NCBI GenBank assembly: GCA_964642275.1
Contig: CAZXOA010000005.1
Coordinates: forward strand, 2,410-66,409
Reading direction: 5' to 3'
Length of the DNA stretch: 64,000 nucleotides
Origin: an uncultured Candidatus Saccharibacteria bacterium
Lineage (GTDB): Bacteria; Patescibacteriota; Saccharimonadia; Saccharimonadales; JACDBH01
Shown: positions 47,085 through 57,115 of the stretch, in pieces
Layout: every line of letters begins with the position of its first letter
Position numbering within the stretch: the stretch's first letter is position 1
Translations under genes and position numbers: made by a program
Notes under the pieces: model-generated
What the model was told of the DNA's origin: nothing
The model's input: only the letters and a program-made list of their open reading frames with translations
The model's database searches: none

Positions 47085-48182
47085 ATGGCGAAGAAAGTTT
47101 ATGTTGGCCTTAGTGGAGGCGTTGATTCGAGTGTGACTGCGGCGCTGCTCAAGGAGCAGGGGTATGACGTTACGGGCGTGTATATGAAGAACTGGAGCCA
47201 GGATCTGCCGGGTTTTGAGTGCCCGTGGAAACAGGATTTTAATGATGCCAAGCGGGTGGCCGTGCAGCTTGGTATTCCGTTCAAAATGTATGATTTTGAG
47301 AAAGAGTACCGCCAAAAGGTGGTTGACTACATGATCGATGGCTACAAAGCCGGCCGCACGCCAAACCCCGATATCATGTGCAACCAGGAGATCAAGTTCA
47401 AGCTATTTTTGGAAACAGCTTTGGAGGATGGGGCTGATTTTGTTGCAACGGGGCATTACGCGCGGGTAGTGCATCGAGCTGAAGATCCCTCAAGTCAAAA
47501 AGCAAGGCTGCAAAAGGCTAAGGATGAAAACAAGGATCAGACGTATTTTTTGTACCGCGTGACTGAAGATGCGCTCGCAAAGACTATGTTTCCTCTTGGT
47601 GATTACACGAAGCCTGAAGTACGTGAGCTGGCCAAGAAATTCGGACTGGTCACAGCTGCCAAAAAAGAAAGCATGGGCATTTGCTTTGTCGGCAAGGTCG
47701 GCATCAAAGAGTTCCTACTGCACGAACTAGGCGAGCAACACCTGGGCGATATTATCGACCAAGACGGCGAGGTGCTTGGCCAGCATGACGGCGCCATTTT
47801 CTACACAATTGGCCAGCGCCACGGCTTGGGCGTGGGTGCCGGGCTGCCGTATTACGTAGTGGGTAAAGATATGGCCAAGAACAAAGTTTATGTCACCACG
47901 CAGCTCGATGACAAGCGGCTATGGAGCAAAGAGCTCAGGCTCACGGATGTGCATTGGATAAATCCAGACCAGATGCAAAAACCAAGATTCAAGATTCAAG
48001 TAAGGACAAGGCACCGTGCGCCACTAATTGACGGTACGCTACATATAGCGTCTAAAGACACCATATCTGGTGTACCTACGCTACATGTAGCGTTATCGGA
48101 TGAAATCCGCGCCCTCACTCCTGGTCAATCAGCCGTAATTTACGACGGTCAAACAGTCCTTGGCGGCGGCATTATTGTTTAA
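47085..48182 (+). CDS. mnmA: tRNA-specific 2-thiouridylase
   Basis: PP-loop VGLSGGVDSSV, NPDIMCN and GHYAR motifs. Confidence 0.9.
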   Translation: MAKKVYVGLSGGVDSSVTAALLKEQGYDVTGVYMKNWSQDLPGFECPWKQDFNDAKRVAVQLGIPFKMYDFEKEYRQKVVDYMIDGYKAGRTPNPDIMCNQEIKFKLFLETALEDGADFVATGHYARVVHRAEDPSSQKARLQKAKDENKDQTYFLYRVTEDALAKTMFPLGDYTKPEVRELAKKFGLVTAAKKESMGICFVGKVGIKEFLLHELGEQHLGDIIDQDGEVLGQHDGAIFYTIGQRHGLGVGAGLPYYVVGKDMAKNKVYVTTQLDDKRLWSKELRLTDVHWINPDQMQKPRFKIQVRTRHRAPLIDGTLHIASKDTISGVPTLHVALSDEIRALTPGQSAVIYDGQTVLGGGIIV

Positions 48183-48205
48183 AATTAGCGTGTTACAATG
48201 CATCT

Positions 48206-48682
48206 GTGAAGAGCACGCGAACACAAAAACAAATCATTTATTATGTGGCTGCGGTATTTGTGCTTACTTTAGTTTGGAATCTCGTTTTGCGTCTATATGT
48301 ATTTCCAACTCAGTTCGTGAAAACTGAAGTAAGGGTTGTGGATTTAAATAGTAGCGCACCGACAATAAAAGGAGGTGGCAGACAAGTCAACAGCTTTCCT
48401 ACTTATGAGTACACTGCTATAGACGGCACAACTAAAACTCTAGTTTCAAATGACGGGTTTAACAGATTTAATGGCTTTTTATTTGAGAAGCATAAAGGTC
48501 AACTAGTGACAGCTTATCTTGAAAAAAGTAATGCTGATTCTGAGCCTTTTATAACCAAAACGGGCGATTGGTTTATCTTCCTAGCAGCACCACTTATATT
48601 TGCTATTTTGCCGTTTGGTCCGATATACGCAATAATTTTGTACTTTGTTAACAAAAGACATAAAACTAGAATAAGTCACTGA
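48206..48682 (+). CDS. Hypothetical membrane protein
   Basis: 158 aa with an N-terminal TM helix (IIYYVAAVFVLTLVWNLVL) and two C-terminal TM helices. GTG start. Confidence 0.5.
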   Translation: MKSTRTQKQIIYYVAAVFVLTLVWNLVLRLYVFPTQFVKTEVRVVDLNSSAPTIKGGGRQVNSFPTYEYTAIDGTTKTLVSNDGFNRFNGFLFEKHKGQLVTAYLEKSNADSEPFITKTGDWFIFLAAPLIFAILPFGPIYAIILYFVNKRHKTRISH

Positions 48683-48703
48683 CCTCTGTTAGAATAAGCA
48701 AAT

Positions 48704-50668
48704 ATGACAGCACAAGAAATCCGAAGCGCTTATCTCAAGTTCTTTGAAGACCGTGGCCATGCGGTAATCCAGCGTGCGCCGCTGGTACTCAAAGGCGATC
48801 CGACCACATTGTTTACTGGCAGCGGTATGCAGCCGATGATCCCCTATCTGCTTGGTGAACCACATCCGAAGGGCCAGCGAATTGTCGATAGTCAAACCTG
48901 CTTGCGTGCCCAGGATATAGAAGATATTGGTGACAACCGCCATACCACGTTCTTCGAGATGCTCGGCAACTGGAGCATGGGTGACTACTTTAAAGAGCAG
49001 CAGATCGAGTGGATGTTTGAGTTCCTGTCTGAGGTTGTGGGGCTGGACATGAACAAGGTCTACGTTACTTGTTACATCGGTGATGAGCGTTATAGCATAC
49101 CAAAAGACACCGAGGCAGCGTCTGTCTGGAAACGTCTGTACGAATCCAAAGGTATGAGTAGCGGCGAGGCCGAGATCGGCTCGGAAGAAGCCGGCTACCA
49201 GCGCGGTATCAAAGACGGTGAGCGCATATTTTATTATGATGGCAGCAAGAACTGGTGGAGCCGCAATGGTGCGCCTGAGAACACACCCATTGGCGACCCA
49301 TGCGGCCCAGACTCTGAAATGTTTTATGACTTTGGCACGCCGCACAACCCCGAATTTGGTGAGCACTGCCACCCCAACTGCGACTGCGGCCGGTTTATGG
49401 AAATTGGCAACAATGTCTTTATGGCCTACAAAAAAGTCGATGAAGGAACATTTGAACCGCTTGAGAAGCCGAACATTGACCACGGATCTGGCCTAGAGCG
49501 TATTGCTGCGGCTGCAATTGATAGTCCCGATGTCTTTAGGATTAGCCTGTTGTGGCCGATTATCAGGCAGCTCGAGATTTTAAGTGGCAAGACATATGAT
49601 AGCCATACCACCAGCATGCGCGTGATTGCCGACCATTTGCGGGCCGCAACCTTCCTAGCTGTGGACGGCTGCGTACCGAGCAATAAAGAACAAGGGTATG
49701 TGATGCGCCGGCTGATTCGCCGTGCGATACGCTACAGCTTCGAACTCGGCATTGAACAGAACTTTATGGAGCAGGTCGTACCAATCATTGCCGGACTCTA
49801 CATCGATGACTTTCCGGAAGTAGCTGAGAAGCGCGAAGAAATCATCGCAGTGCTCGTAAAAGAGGAAAAAGCTTTCCGCCAGACCCTACGCAAGGGTTTA
49901 CAACGGCTGAAATTGATCGCTGGAACTCGTGAAACTAAGCTCAGTGGCAAAAAATATGAAGGCGAGATACCGGAAGAAGATTTATATCCAATCAAATTGG
50001 AAGGACGTCATATTTTTGATCTCTATGATACTTTTGGTTTCCCGGTGGAACTTTCAACCGAAGAAGCTTACAAATTAGGTATTGGGCTGGATGATAATTG
50101 GCGGGAACAGTTTGATGCCAAGATGCAGGAACAGCGTGAACGCTCACAAACCGCAGCTAAAGGCACGTTCAAGGGCGGTTTGGGCGGGCAGACATTGCAG
50201 CACAAAAAGTATCACACTGCGACCCACCTTATGTATCAGGCGCTACGCGTTGTGCTGGGCGATCACGTGATTCAGCGCGGCAGCAATATTACCGAGGAAC
50301 GACTGCGTTTTGACTTTAGCCACCCAGAAAAAGTCACCCGCGAGCAGCTGGATCAGGTTGAAGAGATTGTGAACCAAGAAATTGCGAAGGACCTGCAAGT
50401 AAGTTTTGCCGAATACCCGACCGAAGAAGCCACCGGCCCACTGGGCGCCCTTGGCCAGTTTGGCGACCGTTATGGCGACACGGTTAAGGTTTACAGTATG
50501 AAAGATTCACACTCACCCGAAGATGAGCGGCCATTTAGCTTTGAAATCTGCGGCGGCCCGCATGTCGACCACACCCTGCAGCTGTTTGAAGACGGCAAAA
50601 AGTTCAAAATTCTCAAAGAAGAAGCCTCAAGCGCTGGTATCAGGAGAATCAAAGCCGTCCTTCAATAG
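48704..50668 (+). CDS. alaS: Alanyl-tRNA synthetase, short form (654 aa, no C-Ala domain)
   Basis: MTAQEIRSAYLKFFEDRGH..., FEMLGNWS, editing-domain HTATHLMYQALRVVLG and CGGPHV. The protein ends shortly after the editing domain. Confidence 0.9.
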   Translation: MTAQEIRSAYLKFFEDRGHAVIQRAPLVLKGDPTTLFTGSGMQPMIPYLLGEPHPKGQRIVDSQTCLRAQDIEDIGDNRHTTFFEMLGNWSMGDYFKEQQIEWMFEFLSEVVGLDMNKVYVTCYIGDERYSIPKDTEAASVWKRLYESKGMSSGEAEIGSEEAGYQRGIKDGERIFYYDGSKNWWSRNGAPENTPIGDPCGPDSEMFYDFGTPHNPEFGEHCHPNCDCGRFMEIGNNVFMAYKKVDEGTFEPLEKPNIDHGSGLERIAAAAIDSPDVFRISLLWPIIRQLEILSGKTYDSHTTSMRVIADHLRAATFLAVDGCVPSNKEQGYVMRRLIRRAIRYSFELGIEQNFMEQVVPIIAGLYIDDFPEVAEKREEIIAVLVKEEKAFRQTLRKGLQRLKLIAGTRETKLSGKKYEGEIPEEDLYPIKLEGRHIFDLYDTFGFPVELSTEEAYKLGIGLDDNWREQFDAKMQEQRERSQTAAKGTFKGGLGGQTLQHKKYHTATHLMYQALRVVLGDHVIQRGSNITEERLRFDFSHPEKVTREQLDQVEEIVNQEIAKDLQVSFAEYPTEEATGPLGALGQFGDRYGDTVKVYSMKDSHSPEDERPFSFEICGGPHVDHTLQLFEDGKKFKILKEEASSAGIRRIKAVLQ

Positions 50669-51106
50669 TCCCAAGGCTACAGACTGCTTTTTCAGCGCCA
50701 TGATCCCATTGGCTATTTGCTGTTCCATACTGGTGGTTCCACTTTGTTTCGATTCGACATCATAAGCCCATACATTGTGGCTTGGCGGGGTAAATTCCTG
50801 CTGGTCAAACTGGACGGTTAGCTCGCCAGTTTTGGGTCTAAGGTTCAATGCGGTTATAGGCTGAGTACTTCGCTTACTCTCGAGCTCTTGCGGCTGCCAG
50901 CCAAAACAACCGTACAGGTAGATACCCACAGGCCTAGGAGTAATAATAGAAACGGCTATGAGTCCGTCTTTTTCCTCGAGCCGAACTGGTATCCTGGGAT
51001 AATTTTCTGGCCTTCCCCTTAGGATATCTTTGGGAACACCAACAATCAAATACTTTTCACCAAAGTAAGTTGGCACCTGCAAGTGAGAGACAGCAGTAGG
51101 AGACAT
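50627..51106 (-). CDS. Hypothetical protein
   Basis: 159-aa ORF convergent with alaS, overlapping its 3' end by ~40 nt. No family recognised. Confidence 0.4.
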   Translation of the reverse strand: MSPTAVSHLQVPTYFGEKYLIVGVPKDILRGRPENYPRIPVRLEEKDGLIAVSIITPRPVGIYLYGCFGWQPQELESKRSTQPITALNLRPKTGELTVQFDQQEFTPPSHNVWAYDVESKQSGTTSMEQQIANGIMALKKQSVALGLLKDGFDSPDTSA

Positions 51107-51195
51107 CTGTATATTATAACATAACAGTATAAAATATCAAACATAGCGGGTGCTTCTGTATAAAAGACGAGGTATCATGATACAATAAGGCGTAT

Positions 51196-52488
51196 ATGCT
51201 TAAGAAGTTAAAGAGCGTTATTCCCAAGCGTTCCCAGGGTAGCAGTGACAAAAGCTCACCGGATCACATAATTGCTCTAGACATTGGTACTCAGAACGTT
51301 AAGGCTCTGATTGGCCGTATTAAAGGTGATGATATAGAGATTGTCGGCGTGGGCCGTGCGCATCAAGACTTGGCAGATATGCAGGCTGGTGCAATAGCTG
51401 ATATCGCCGGAGTTGTTGCAAACTGCGACGAAGCGCTGAGCCAGGCCGAGAAGATGGCTGGCGTGAACGCACGCGGCGCAGTGATAGGCATAGCTGGCGA
51501 GCTGGTCAAGGGGACAACAACCACGGTACGTTTTACGCGCAAGGAACCAAGCAAGCCGCTTGATATACCAGAGGTAGAGAAGATCATAGGGCTTGTTCAG
51601 GCAAAGGCTCTTGAGAAGGCGAAGGCTCAGCTTGCTTGGGAGCTTGGCGGCAAAGATGTCGAGATTCGTCTGGTCAATAGTGCGCTCGTGAGCCTGACAA
51701 TCGATGGCTATACGGTGAGCAGCCCGGTTGGTTTTCAGGGCAGGGACGTGCTCATACAGCTCTACACTGCCTTTGCGCCGCTGGTGCACATTGGTGCGCT
51801 AGAACGGACCGCTGCCGAGCTTGACCTTGATCTGCTTGCTGTAGCTGCTGAGCCGTTTGCAGTATCCCGTAGCGTTATCGGGAACGACCCAAATGCCAAT
51901 ATGAGTGCTATCCTCATGGATATCGGCGGCGGCACAACAGATATCGCCGTCCTGAACGAGGGCGGCGTCGAGGGTACTAAGATGTTTGGTATTGGCGGCC
52001 GGGCCTTTACCCGCAGTATCGAGCGCGATTTGTCGACGGATTTTGAACAGGCAGAAACGCTCAAGCTGGCAATTGATTCCAGCAAAGTTCCTACCCACAA
52101 AAAGGCCCAAATCCAAGAATCTCTGCAGAAAACCCTTGATGTGTGGATGAGCGGTATCGATTTGGCACTAGGTGAATTCACCAAGCTTGATCATCTGCCG
52201 CATCGTATTTTACTCTGCGGCGGCGGTTCGAGCTTGTCGCTGCTTATGGATGAGCTGGCAGAAAAAAATTGGTACACCAGCCTGCCGTTCACTCGCAAAC
52301 CAGTCGTGCAGCATATCAATCCGAGTCAGGTTGCTGGTATTATTGATAAGACTGACGCTGTCAGTGATCATACTTACATCACGGCGATGGGGCTGCTCAG
52401 GGTTGGTCTCGACACCATGCACCAGCAAGATCCCAGCCGCAAATCAGGCTCGATAAAGGAACGAATCAACAGATTATTAAGCGTATAA
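51196..52488 (+). CDS. ftsA: Cell division protein FtsA
   Basis: Actin-like ATPase motifs IIALDIGTQNVKALIG, DIGGGTTDIAV and LCGGGSSL. Confidence 0.85.
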   Translation: MLKKLKSVIPKRSQGSSDKSSPDHIIALDIGTQNVKALIGRIKGDDIEIVGVGRAHQDLADMQAGAIADIAGVVANCDEALSQAEKMAGVNARGAVIGIAGELVKGTTTTVRFTRKEPSKPLDIPEVEKIIGLVQAKALEKAKAQLAWELGGKDVEIRLVNSALVSLTIDGYTVSSPVGFQGRDVLIQLYTAFAPLVHIGALERTAAELDLDLLAVAAEPFAVSRSVIGNDPNANMSAILMDIGGGTTDIAVLNEGGVEGTKMFGIGGRAFTRSIERDLSTDFEQAETLKLAIDSSKVPTHKKAQIQESLQKTLDVWMSGIDLALGEFTKLDHLPHRILLCGGGSSLSLLMDELAEKNWYTSLPFTRKPVVQHINPSQVAGIIDKTDAVSDHTYITAMGLLRVGLDTMHQQDPSRKSGSIKERINRLLSV

Positions 52489-52496
52489 GGCATACC

Positions 52497-54209
52497 ATGG
52501 CAGCGGCACCGAAAAAAACAACCAGCAGTAATAAAGCGACCGTCTATATTGATGTAGACGATGAAATCACGCATATTATCGATAAGGTAAATGCATCTGA
52601 TAAGAAAATTGTTGCCCTCGTTCTGCCAAAGCGCGCCAGTGTTCTGCAGAGTATTGTTAACATGAAACTCCTCAAGAAAGCTGCCCAAAACGCCAAGAAA
52701 AACCTGGTGTTAATCACATCCGAAACCGGTCTTCTGCCCCTCGCAGGAGCAGCTGGCCTGCATGTTGCAAAGAGCCTTCAGAGCAAACCAGAGATTCCGC
52801 CGACGCCGCACAGAACTCTTGACGAATCCGACACAGAAGAAATAACCGAAGAGGGAGCTGATCCTGCCATCGATACATCTGCAAGTGTCGGTGCGCTTGC
52901 GGCTTTGCACGGGCAAGACGACGAAACCGAGACAATCGAGCTCGATACTGTAAAGCTGGATGACCCGGACAGTACAAAAAAAACTGCCAAAGGAAAAAAA
53001 CAGCGCCATCTGAAAGTCCCAAATTTTGAGCGTTTTCGCTTGGGTATTGTACTGGCAGTACTGGGCGTACTACTGTTGATTGGCGGCTGGGTCTTGGCCG
53101 CCGTGGTCCTGCCCCGGGCCACTATTACTATCCAGACAGACACCACAACCGTGGTGAGTTCATTTGACTTTACTGCCAGCGTCAACCAGTCGGAACTTGA
53201 CGAAGATGCCCGCAGAATACCCGCAACTCTCAAGGAGGTAAGAAAGACCGACAGCGAAAAAGTGCCAGCCACGGGCGAGCGCGATGATGGCACCAAGGCA
53301 AGTGGCGAGGTGACATTGTCGATTCCGTGCGGTTCAGTGTCAGGCGGCCCGGCAGTTGTTCCTGCTGGTACCGCAGTAAGCACGGCCGGACTTAATTACA
53401 TTACCCAGACATCTGCCACCCTGAATGAGTCATCGTTTAGCCCATGCCGCTTTTCAAAAACAGTAGATGTGCGTGCAGCTCAGAACGGGGAGGGCCACAA
53501 TATTAGTAGCGGAAAGACTTTTAGCGTGGCAGGCAACAGCAGCATTAGCGGCCGAAACGCTGATGACATAGACGGCGGTACCAGCAAGATAGTTAAGATT
53601 GTTGCCCAAAAAGACATCGATGACGCGCTTGCAAAGATCACCGAACGGCAGAGTTCTGGTGCAACCGACGAAATCGAGGCGCTATTGGTTGCAGACGGTC
53701 TTTTCCCGCTCAGAGAAACACTTAAGGCTGGCGATCCAGCCGTCACTGCGGCGCCAGAAGTTGATAAAGAAGCCACGGAAGTGACCGTGAGTTCAGAGAT
53801 CCTCTACAGTATGCTTGGCATAAACCGGGATGACTTGAGTGCTGTGATTGCCCGTGATGTTCAGGATGATATTGATAGCGAGCGGCAGGCAATTACCGAT
53901 GATGGTATTCAGACGGCAATTATTCGTATCAACAACAATCCGAATCCTGGCGAGGCCTTTATTAACTTCCGTACGTCAGTTACTGCTGGCCCGGAAATCA
54001 ATACAGAAGCGCTCAAAGAAGCTGTAAGAGGCAAAAAACGGGGCGAAGTAGAACAATATATCAACGCACTTCCGGGCGTGAAAGACGTTCTTGTCGAGTA
54101 CAGCCCGTTCTGGGTGTACCAGACGCCGAACGCTGCCAGCAAGATCACCGTTCTGATAGAGGATCCTGCCGCCAATCAAACAAATAGTACAGGCAGCAAT
54201 GGACAATAA
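52497..54209 (+). CDS. Membrane protein encoded downstream of ftsA (570 aa, one TM helix, large extracytoplasmic domain)
   Basis: TM helix LGIVLAVLGVLLLIGGWVLAAVVL. No family confidently recognised. Tightly packed with ftsA and ruvX. Confidence 0.65.
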   Translation: MAAAPKKTTSSNKATVYIDVDDEITHIIDKVNASDKKIVALVLPKRASVLQSIVNMKLLKKAAQNAKKNLVLITSETGLLPLAGAAGLHVAKSLQSKPEIPPTPHRTLDESDTEEITEEGADPAIDTSASVGALAALHGQDDETETIELDTVKLDDPDSTKKTAKGKKQRHLKVPNFERFRLGIVLAVLGVLLLIGGWVLAAVVLPRATITIQTDTTTVVSSFDFTASVNQSELDEDARRIPATLKEVRKTDSEKVPATGERDDGTKASGEVTLSIPCGSVSGGPAVVPAGTAVSTAGLNYITQTSATLNESSFSPCRFSKTVDVRAAQNGEGHNISSGKTFSVAGNSSISGRNADDIDGGTSKIVKIVAQKDIDDALAKITERQSSGATDEIEALLVADGLFPLRETLKAGDPAVTAAPEVDKEATEVTVSSEILYSMLGINRDDLSAVIARDVQDDIDSERQAITDDGIQTAIIRINNNPNPGEAFINFRTSVTAGPEINTEALKEAVRGKKRGEVEQYINALPGVKDVLVEYSPFWVYQTPNAASKITVLIEDPAANQTNSTGSNGQ

Positions 54210-54624
54210 GTTGGTGATCGGGCTGGATGTGGGCGAGCGCCGTATCGGCGTGGCGGTTGCATCGACAATTGCCAGAATACCAAACGCCCATTCGTATATA
54301 GACAGGCAAAAAACGCCGGATTACCTGCCGGTACTGACAAAGATTATGCAGGGGCAAGACGTCGAGGCAATTGTTGTCGGGCTGCCGCGCGGTATGGCCG
54401 GCCAGGATACAAAGCAAACAGAACAATCGCGCAATTTTGCCAGCGAGCTCACGGCCCGTGTCGAGGTACCGGTTGTGCTGCAGGACGAAGCTATGACATC
54501 GGTCATTGCGCAGGAGCGACTGCAATCCCGGGGCAAGCCCTACGAAAAGGGTGATATTGATGCCGAGGCAGCCGCGCTCATCTTGCAAGACTACTTAAGC
54601 AGCCGAGTAGGGCGTACAGCATGA
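54199..54624 (+). CDS. ruvX: YqgF/RuvX-family pre-16S rRNA nuclease (putative Holliday junction resolvase)
   Basis: VIGLDVGERRIGVAVAS...VVGLP......DE..TS pattern. Confidence 0.85.
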   Translation: MDNKLVIGLDVGERRIGVAVASTIARIPNAHSYIDRQKTPDYLPVLTKIMQGQDVEAIVVGLPRGMAGQDTKQTEQSRNFASELTARVEVPVVLQDEAMTSVIAQERLQSRGKPYEKGDIDAEAAALILQDYLSSRVGRTA

Positions 54625-55685
54625 AGCCATACAAACTAGGGAAAAACGGCGGCCGAAGATGGAAAAAGATTCTATTGGCTTTTGGTATTCTCGCGCTTGT
54701 CCTAGGCACCGTTGCTTACTTGGGTGTGCGGGCAGTGTACGAACGTAATTTACAGCCCGTCAATGCGGCCGACGCCAGCCAGGTTGCTTTCACGATCAGC
54801 AGCGGCGAGACGCCCGCAATCATAGCCGAGTCGTTGCAGACAAAGGACCTCATCAGATCTACTGCCGCTTTCTTGCAGTATGTTCGCAGCGAGCAGCTCG
54901 CCGAGAAGTTTATTGCTGGCACTTACAAACTGCAGCGGTCAATGACAGTACAGCAGATTGTGGAGATTCTTACTACCGGTCAGGTCGCAACGGATTTGTT
55001 TACTATTTTTCCGGGGCAGAGGATAGAATCGATCAGGCAGACGCTCATAGAGGTTGGCGAGTTCGCTCCGAGTGCGGTAGACCGGGCGCTTGATCCGCAG
55101 CAATATGCTGGTCATCCGGCACTTGTTGACAAGCCGGAGGGGGCAAGCCTGGAGGGTTATTTGTACCCTGATTCATACGAGCGCATAGCCGAGACCCAGC
55201 CGGAGACAATTATCAGGCAGGCGCTGGATGAAATGGCAGAAGCTCTGACACCGGATATACGCGCGGCTATTGCCGGCCACGGACTGAGCGTATTCGAGGG
55301 CATTATTCTAGCATCAATCGTCGAGAAAGAAGTAGGCGCGGTCGACATGAGCGGTAACGAGAACGACAACCGTGCAAAAGCTGCGCAGGTGTTCTTAAAG
55401 CGCCTTGATATTGGTATGATGCTGCAGTCGAACGCAACTGATCTGGCGGCTCTGGAGCGGGGCGACGAGTACGACACTTACAGTATTCCTGCACTTCCGC
55501 CGGGACCAGTCAGTAACGTCTCTGCAAGCTCGCTCAAGGCAGTCGCCTTTCCTGCGCCGACAAACTTTCTGTACTTTGTTTCGGGAACGGACTGCGTGAC
55601 TCGTTTCGGTGAGACACTGGACCAGCACGAGGCGCTCAAAGCGCAGTACGGTATTGCAACGCCAGACGACGAATGTCGGGGTTAA
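54621..55685 (+). CDS. mltG: Endolytic murein transglycosylase (YceG/MltG)
   Basis: N-terminal TM helix. The EGYLYPDSY and LASIVEKE motifs are typical of YceG. Confidence 0.85.
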   Translation: MKPYKLGKNGGRRWKKILLAFGILALVLGTVAYLGVRAVYERNLQPVNAADASQVAFTISSGETPAIIAESLQTKDLIRSTAAFLQYVRSEQLAEKFIAGTYKLQRSMTVQQIVEILTTGQVATDLFTIFPGQRIESIRQTLIEVGEFAPSAVDRALDPQQYAGHPALVDKPEGASLEGYLYPDSYERIAETQPETIIRQALDEMAEALTPDIRAAIAGHGLSVFEGIILASIVEKEVGAVDMSGNENDNRAKAAQVFLKRLDIGMMLQSNATDLAALERGDEYDTYSIPALPPGPVSNVSASSLKAVAFPAPTNFLYFVSGTDCVTRFGETLDQHEALKAQYGIATPDDECRG

Positions 55686-55709
55686 TGAACACGCAGGAAA
55701 AGGCTTCTT

Positions 55710-56816
55710 TTGGATATTCGAACGCAATCACAAATACGAAAACACGCAGCACGCCAAAAAGCTTTGGCTCCTGTAGGGCCTGCCGAGAGACAGCCGCCGC
55801 GCCGCAGACGCCGCAAGATGTCTCGCAAGGCGATTGTCCGCTACAGTATCATTGCCGGCAATTTGTGCATCGTGGGCTTCTTTATGTTTATGATCATCCG
55901 GTATTCCGGTTCCAACGCAGCAACGTATGGCCTCAGATCTTCCGACGAAGCAGCGGTGGCGAATCCGCTCGACCAGCTGTCGGCTGCGGACATAGCGGTC
56001 AATATTGCCCGTATGACAAATATCGCCGAAATGAACGCGGTGACCAACTACGCCGATACTATCAATGCCGAGCTTCTGACGTTCGGCGACAGCGCAGGCT
56101 TCACCCGCATGCCGCAGATTATGACCTCGAACCTCAAAACGCTGGCTGATATCATCGAATACGAGGTCAAACCGGGCGACACAGTACCCCTGCTTGCTGA
56201 GCGTTTTGCCGTCACTTCAGACAGCATTAAATGGTCGAATGATTTGGTGCACGATACGCTGCAGCCGGGACTTATTATTCTCATACCGCCTATGAATGGC
56301 ATGCTCTACACGCTCAGAGACGGTGACACGCCGCAGCGTATATCGCAGCTCTACAAGGTGTCTGTAGAAAGTATCATTGCCTTCAATGACATGGAGTTGA
56401 CCGGCTTTGTGCCCGGTACCCGCATATTCATTCCTAACGCACAGAAACCGACGCCGGTATTTAATTTCTTTGTGCGCTACGGTAATAACGGCTATGATCC
56501 CGGCTGGTGTACGTATTATGCCGCCGCCAAGGGCGGGGCACCGGGCGGATGGGGCCATGCGCGAACATGGGCTGTTGGTGCGGCGCGAACGCCTGGTTGG
56601 ATAGTAAGTAAGATTCCTGTCAAAGGCGCCATAGCCCAGACAACAAGTTTCCACTATTTTGGACACGTGGCAATAGTAGAGGACGTCAGGCAACAAAACG
56701 GCGAGCTGTATATCAAGTATTCAGACATGAACGGCATAGCTGGATTCAATGCGGTTGGCTATAGCGGCTGGGTCAAATCAGACTATTACCAAAATTACAT
56801 CTACCGCGTACAATAA
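55710..56816 (+). CDS. LysM-LysM-CHAP peptidoglycan hydrolase, paralog 1
   Basis: TM helix. LysM repeats (YEVKPGDTVPLLAERFAVTSDSIKWSN; YTLRDGDTPQRISQLYKVSVESIIAFN). CHAP Cys (GWCTYYAA) and His (GHVAIVEDV). TTG start; the alternative ATG is at 55818. Confidence 0.8.
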   Translation: MDIRTQSQIRKHAARQKALAPVGPAERQPPRRRRRKMSRKAIVRYSIIAGNLCIVGFFMFMIIRYSGSNAATYGLRSSDEAAVANPLDQLSAADIAVNIARMTNIAEMNAVTNYADTINAELLTFGDSAGFTRMPQIMTSNLKTLADIIEYEVKPGDTVPLLAERFAVTSDSIKWSNDLVHDTLQPGLIILIPPMNGMLYTLRDGDTPQRISQLYKVSVESIIAFNDMELTGFVPGTRIFIPNAQKPTPVFNFFVRYGNNGYDPGWCTYYAAAKGGAPGGWGHARTWAVGAARTPGWIVSKIPVKGAIAQTTSFHYFGHVAIVEDVRQQNGELYIKYSDMNGIAGFNAVGYSGWVKSDYYQNYIYRVQ

Positions 56817-56944
56817 CATGCCGCAAGGCCCACGCTCCTCACGCTACTTCTTTAGAGGTTAAACCTCTAACAGAGAGGGAATTTGCTAGTTTTGCCTGTT
56901 TACAGGGGTGGGCACAATGTCCTTTTTGTTTTCAAGTAATATTG

Positions 56945-56973
56945 TTGACTTTTTATGAAGCTTATGCTAATAT
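56945..56973 (+). promoter_or_regulatory. Sigma-70-like promoter (TTGACT - 17 nt - TGcTAATAT)
   Basis: TTGACT at 56945-56950, a 17-nt spacer, then TAATAT at 56968-56973 preceded by TGC. It lies ~140 nt upstream of the second LysM-CHAP gene. Confidence 0.5.
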
Positions 56974-57115
56974 GATACCATCCCGGATTGTAGGTTCGGG
57001 CGGGCGAATTTGACCATTGGAGTGATTATTGCTAGTATGAAGATTGCAAAATGACGATTTTGTTCATAAAAAGTTCGTCTTTTGCCACCAGGAGTAAACT
57101 ATTCGTAAGCTACCA

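Noticed and set aside
48689-49483. A 264-aa minus-strand ORF
   Set aside because: It is antisense to alaS and is a shadow ORF.
56817-57115. A cyclic-di-AMP (ydaO-type) or other known riboswitch upstream of the LysM-CHAP gene
   Set aside because: I could not find the conserved GGGGACCCA / CCCGAACCCG-type elements. The region is left only as an unexplained leader.
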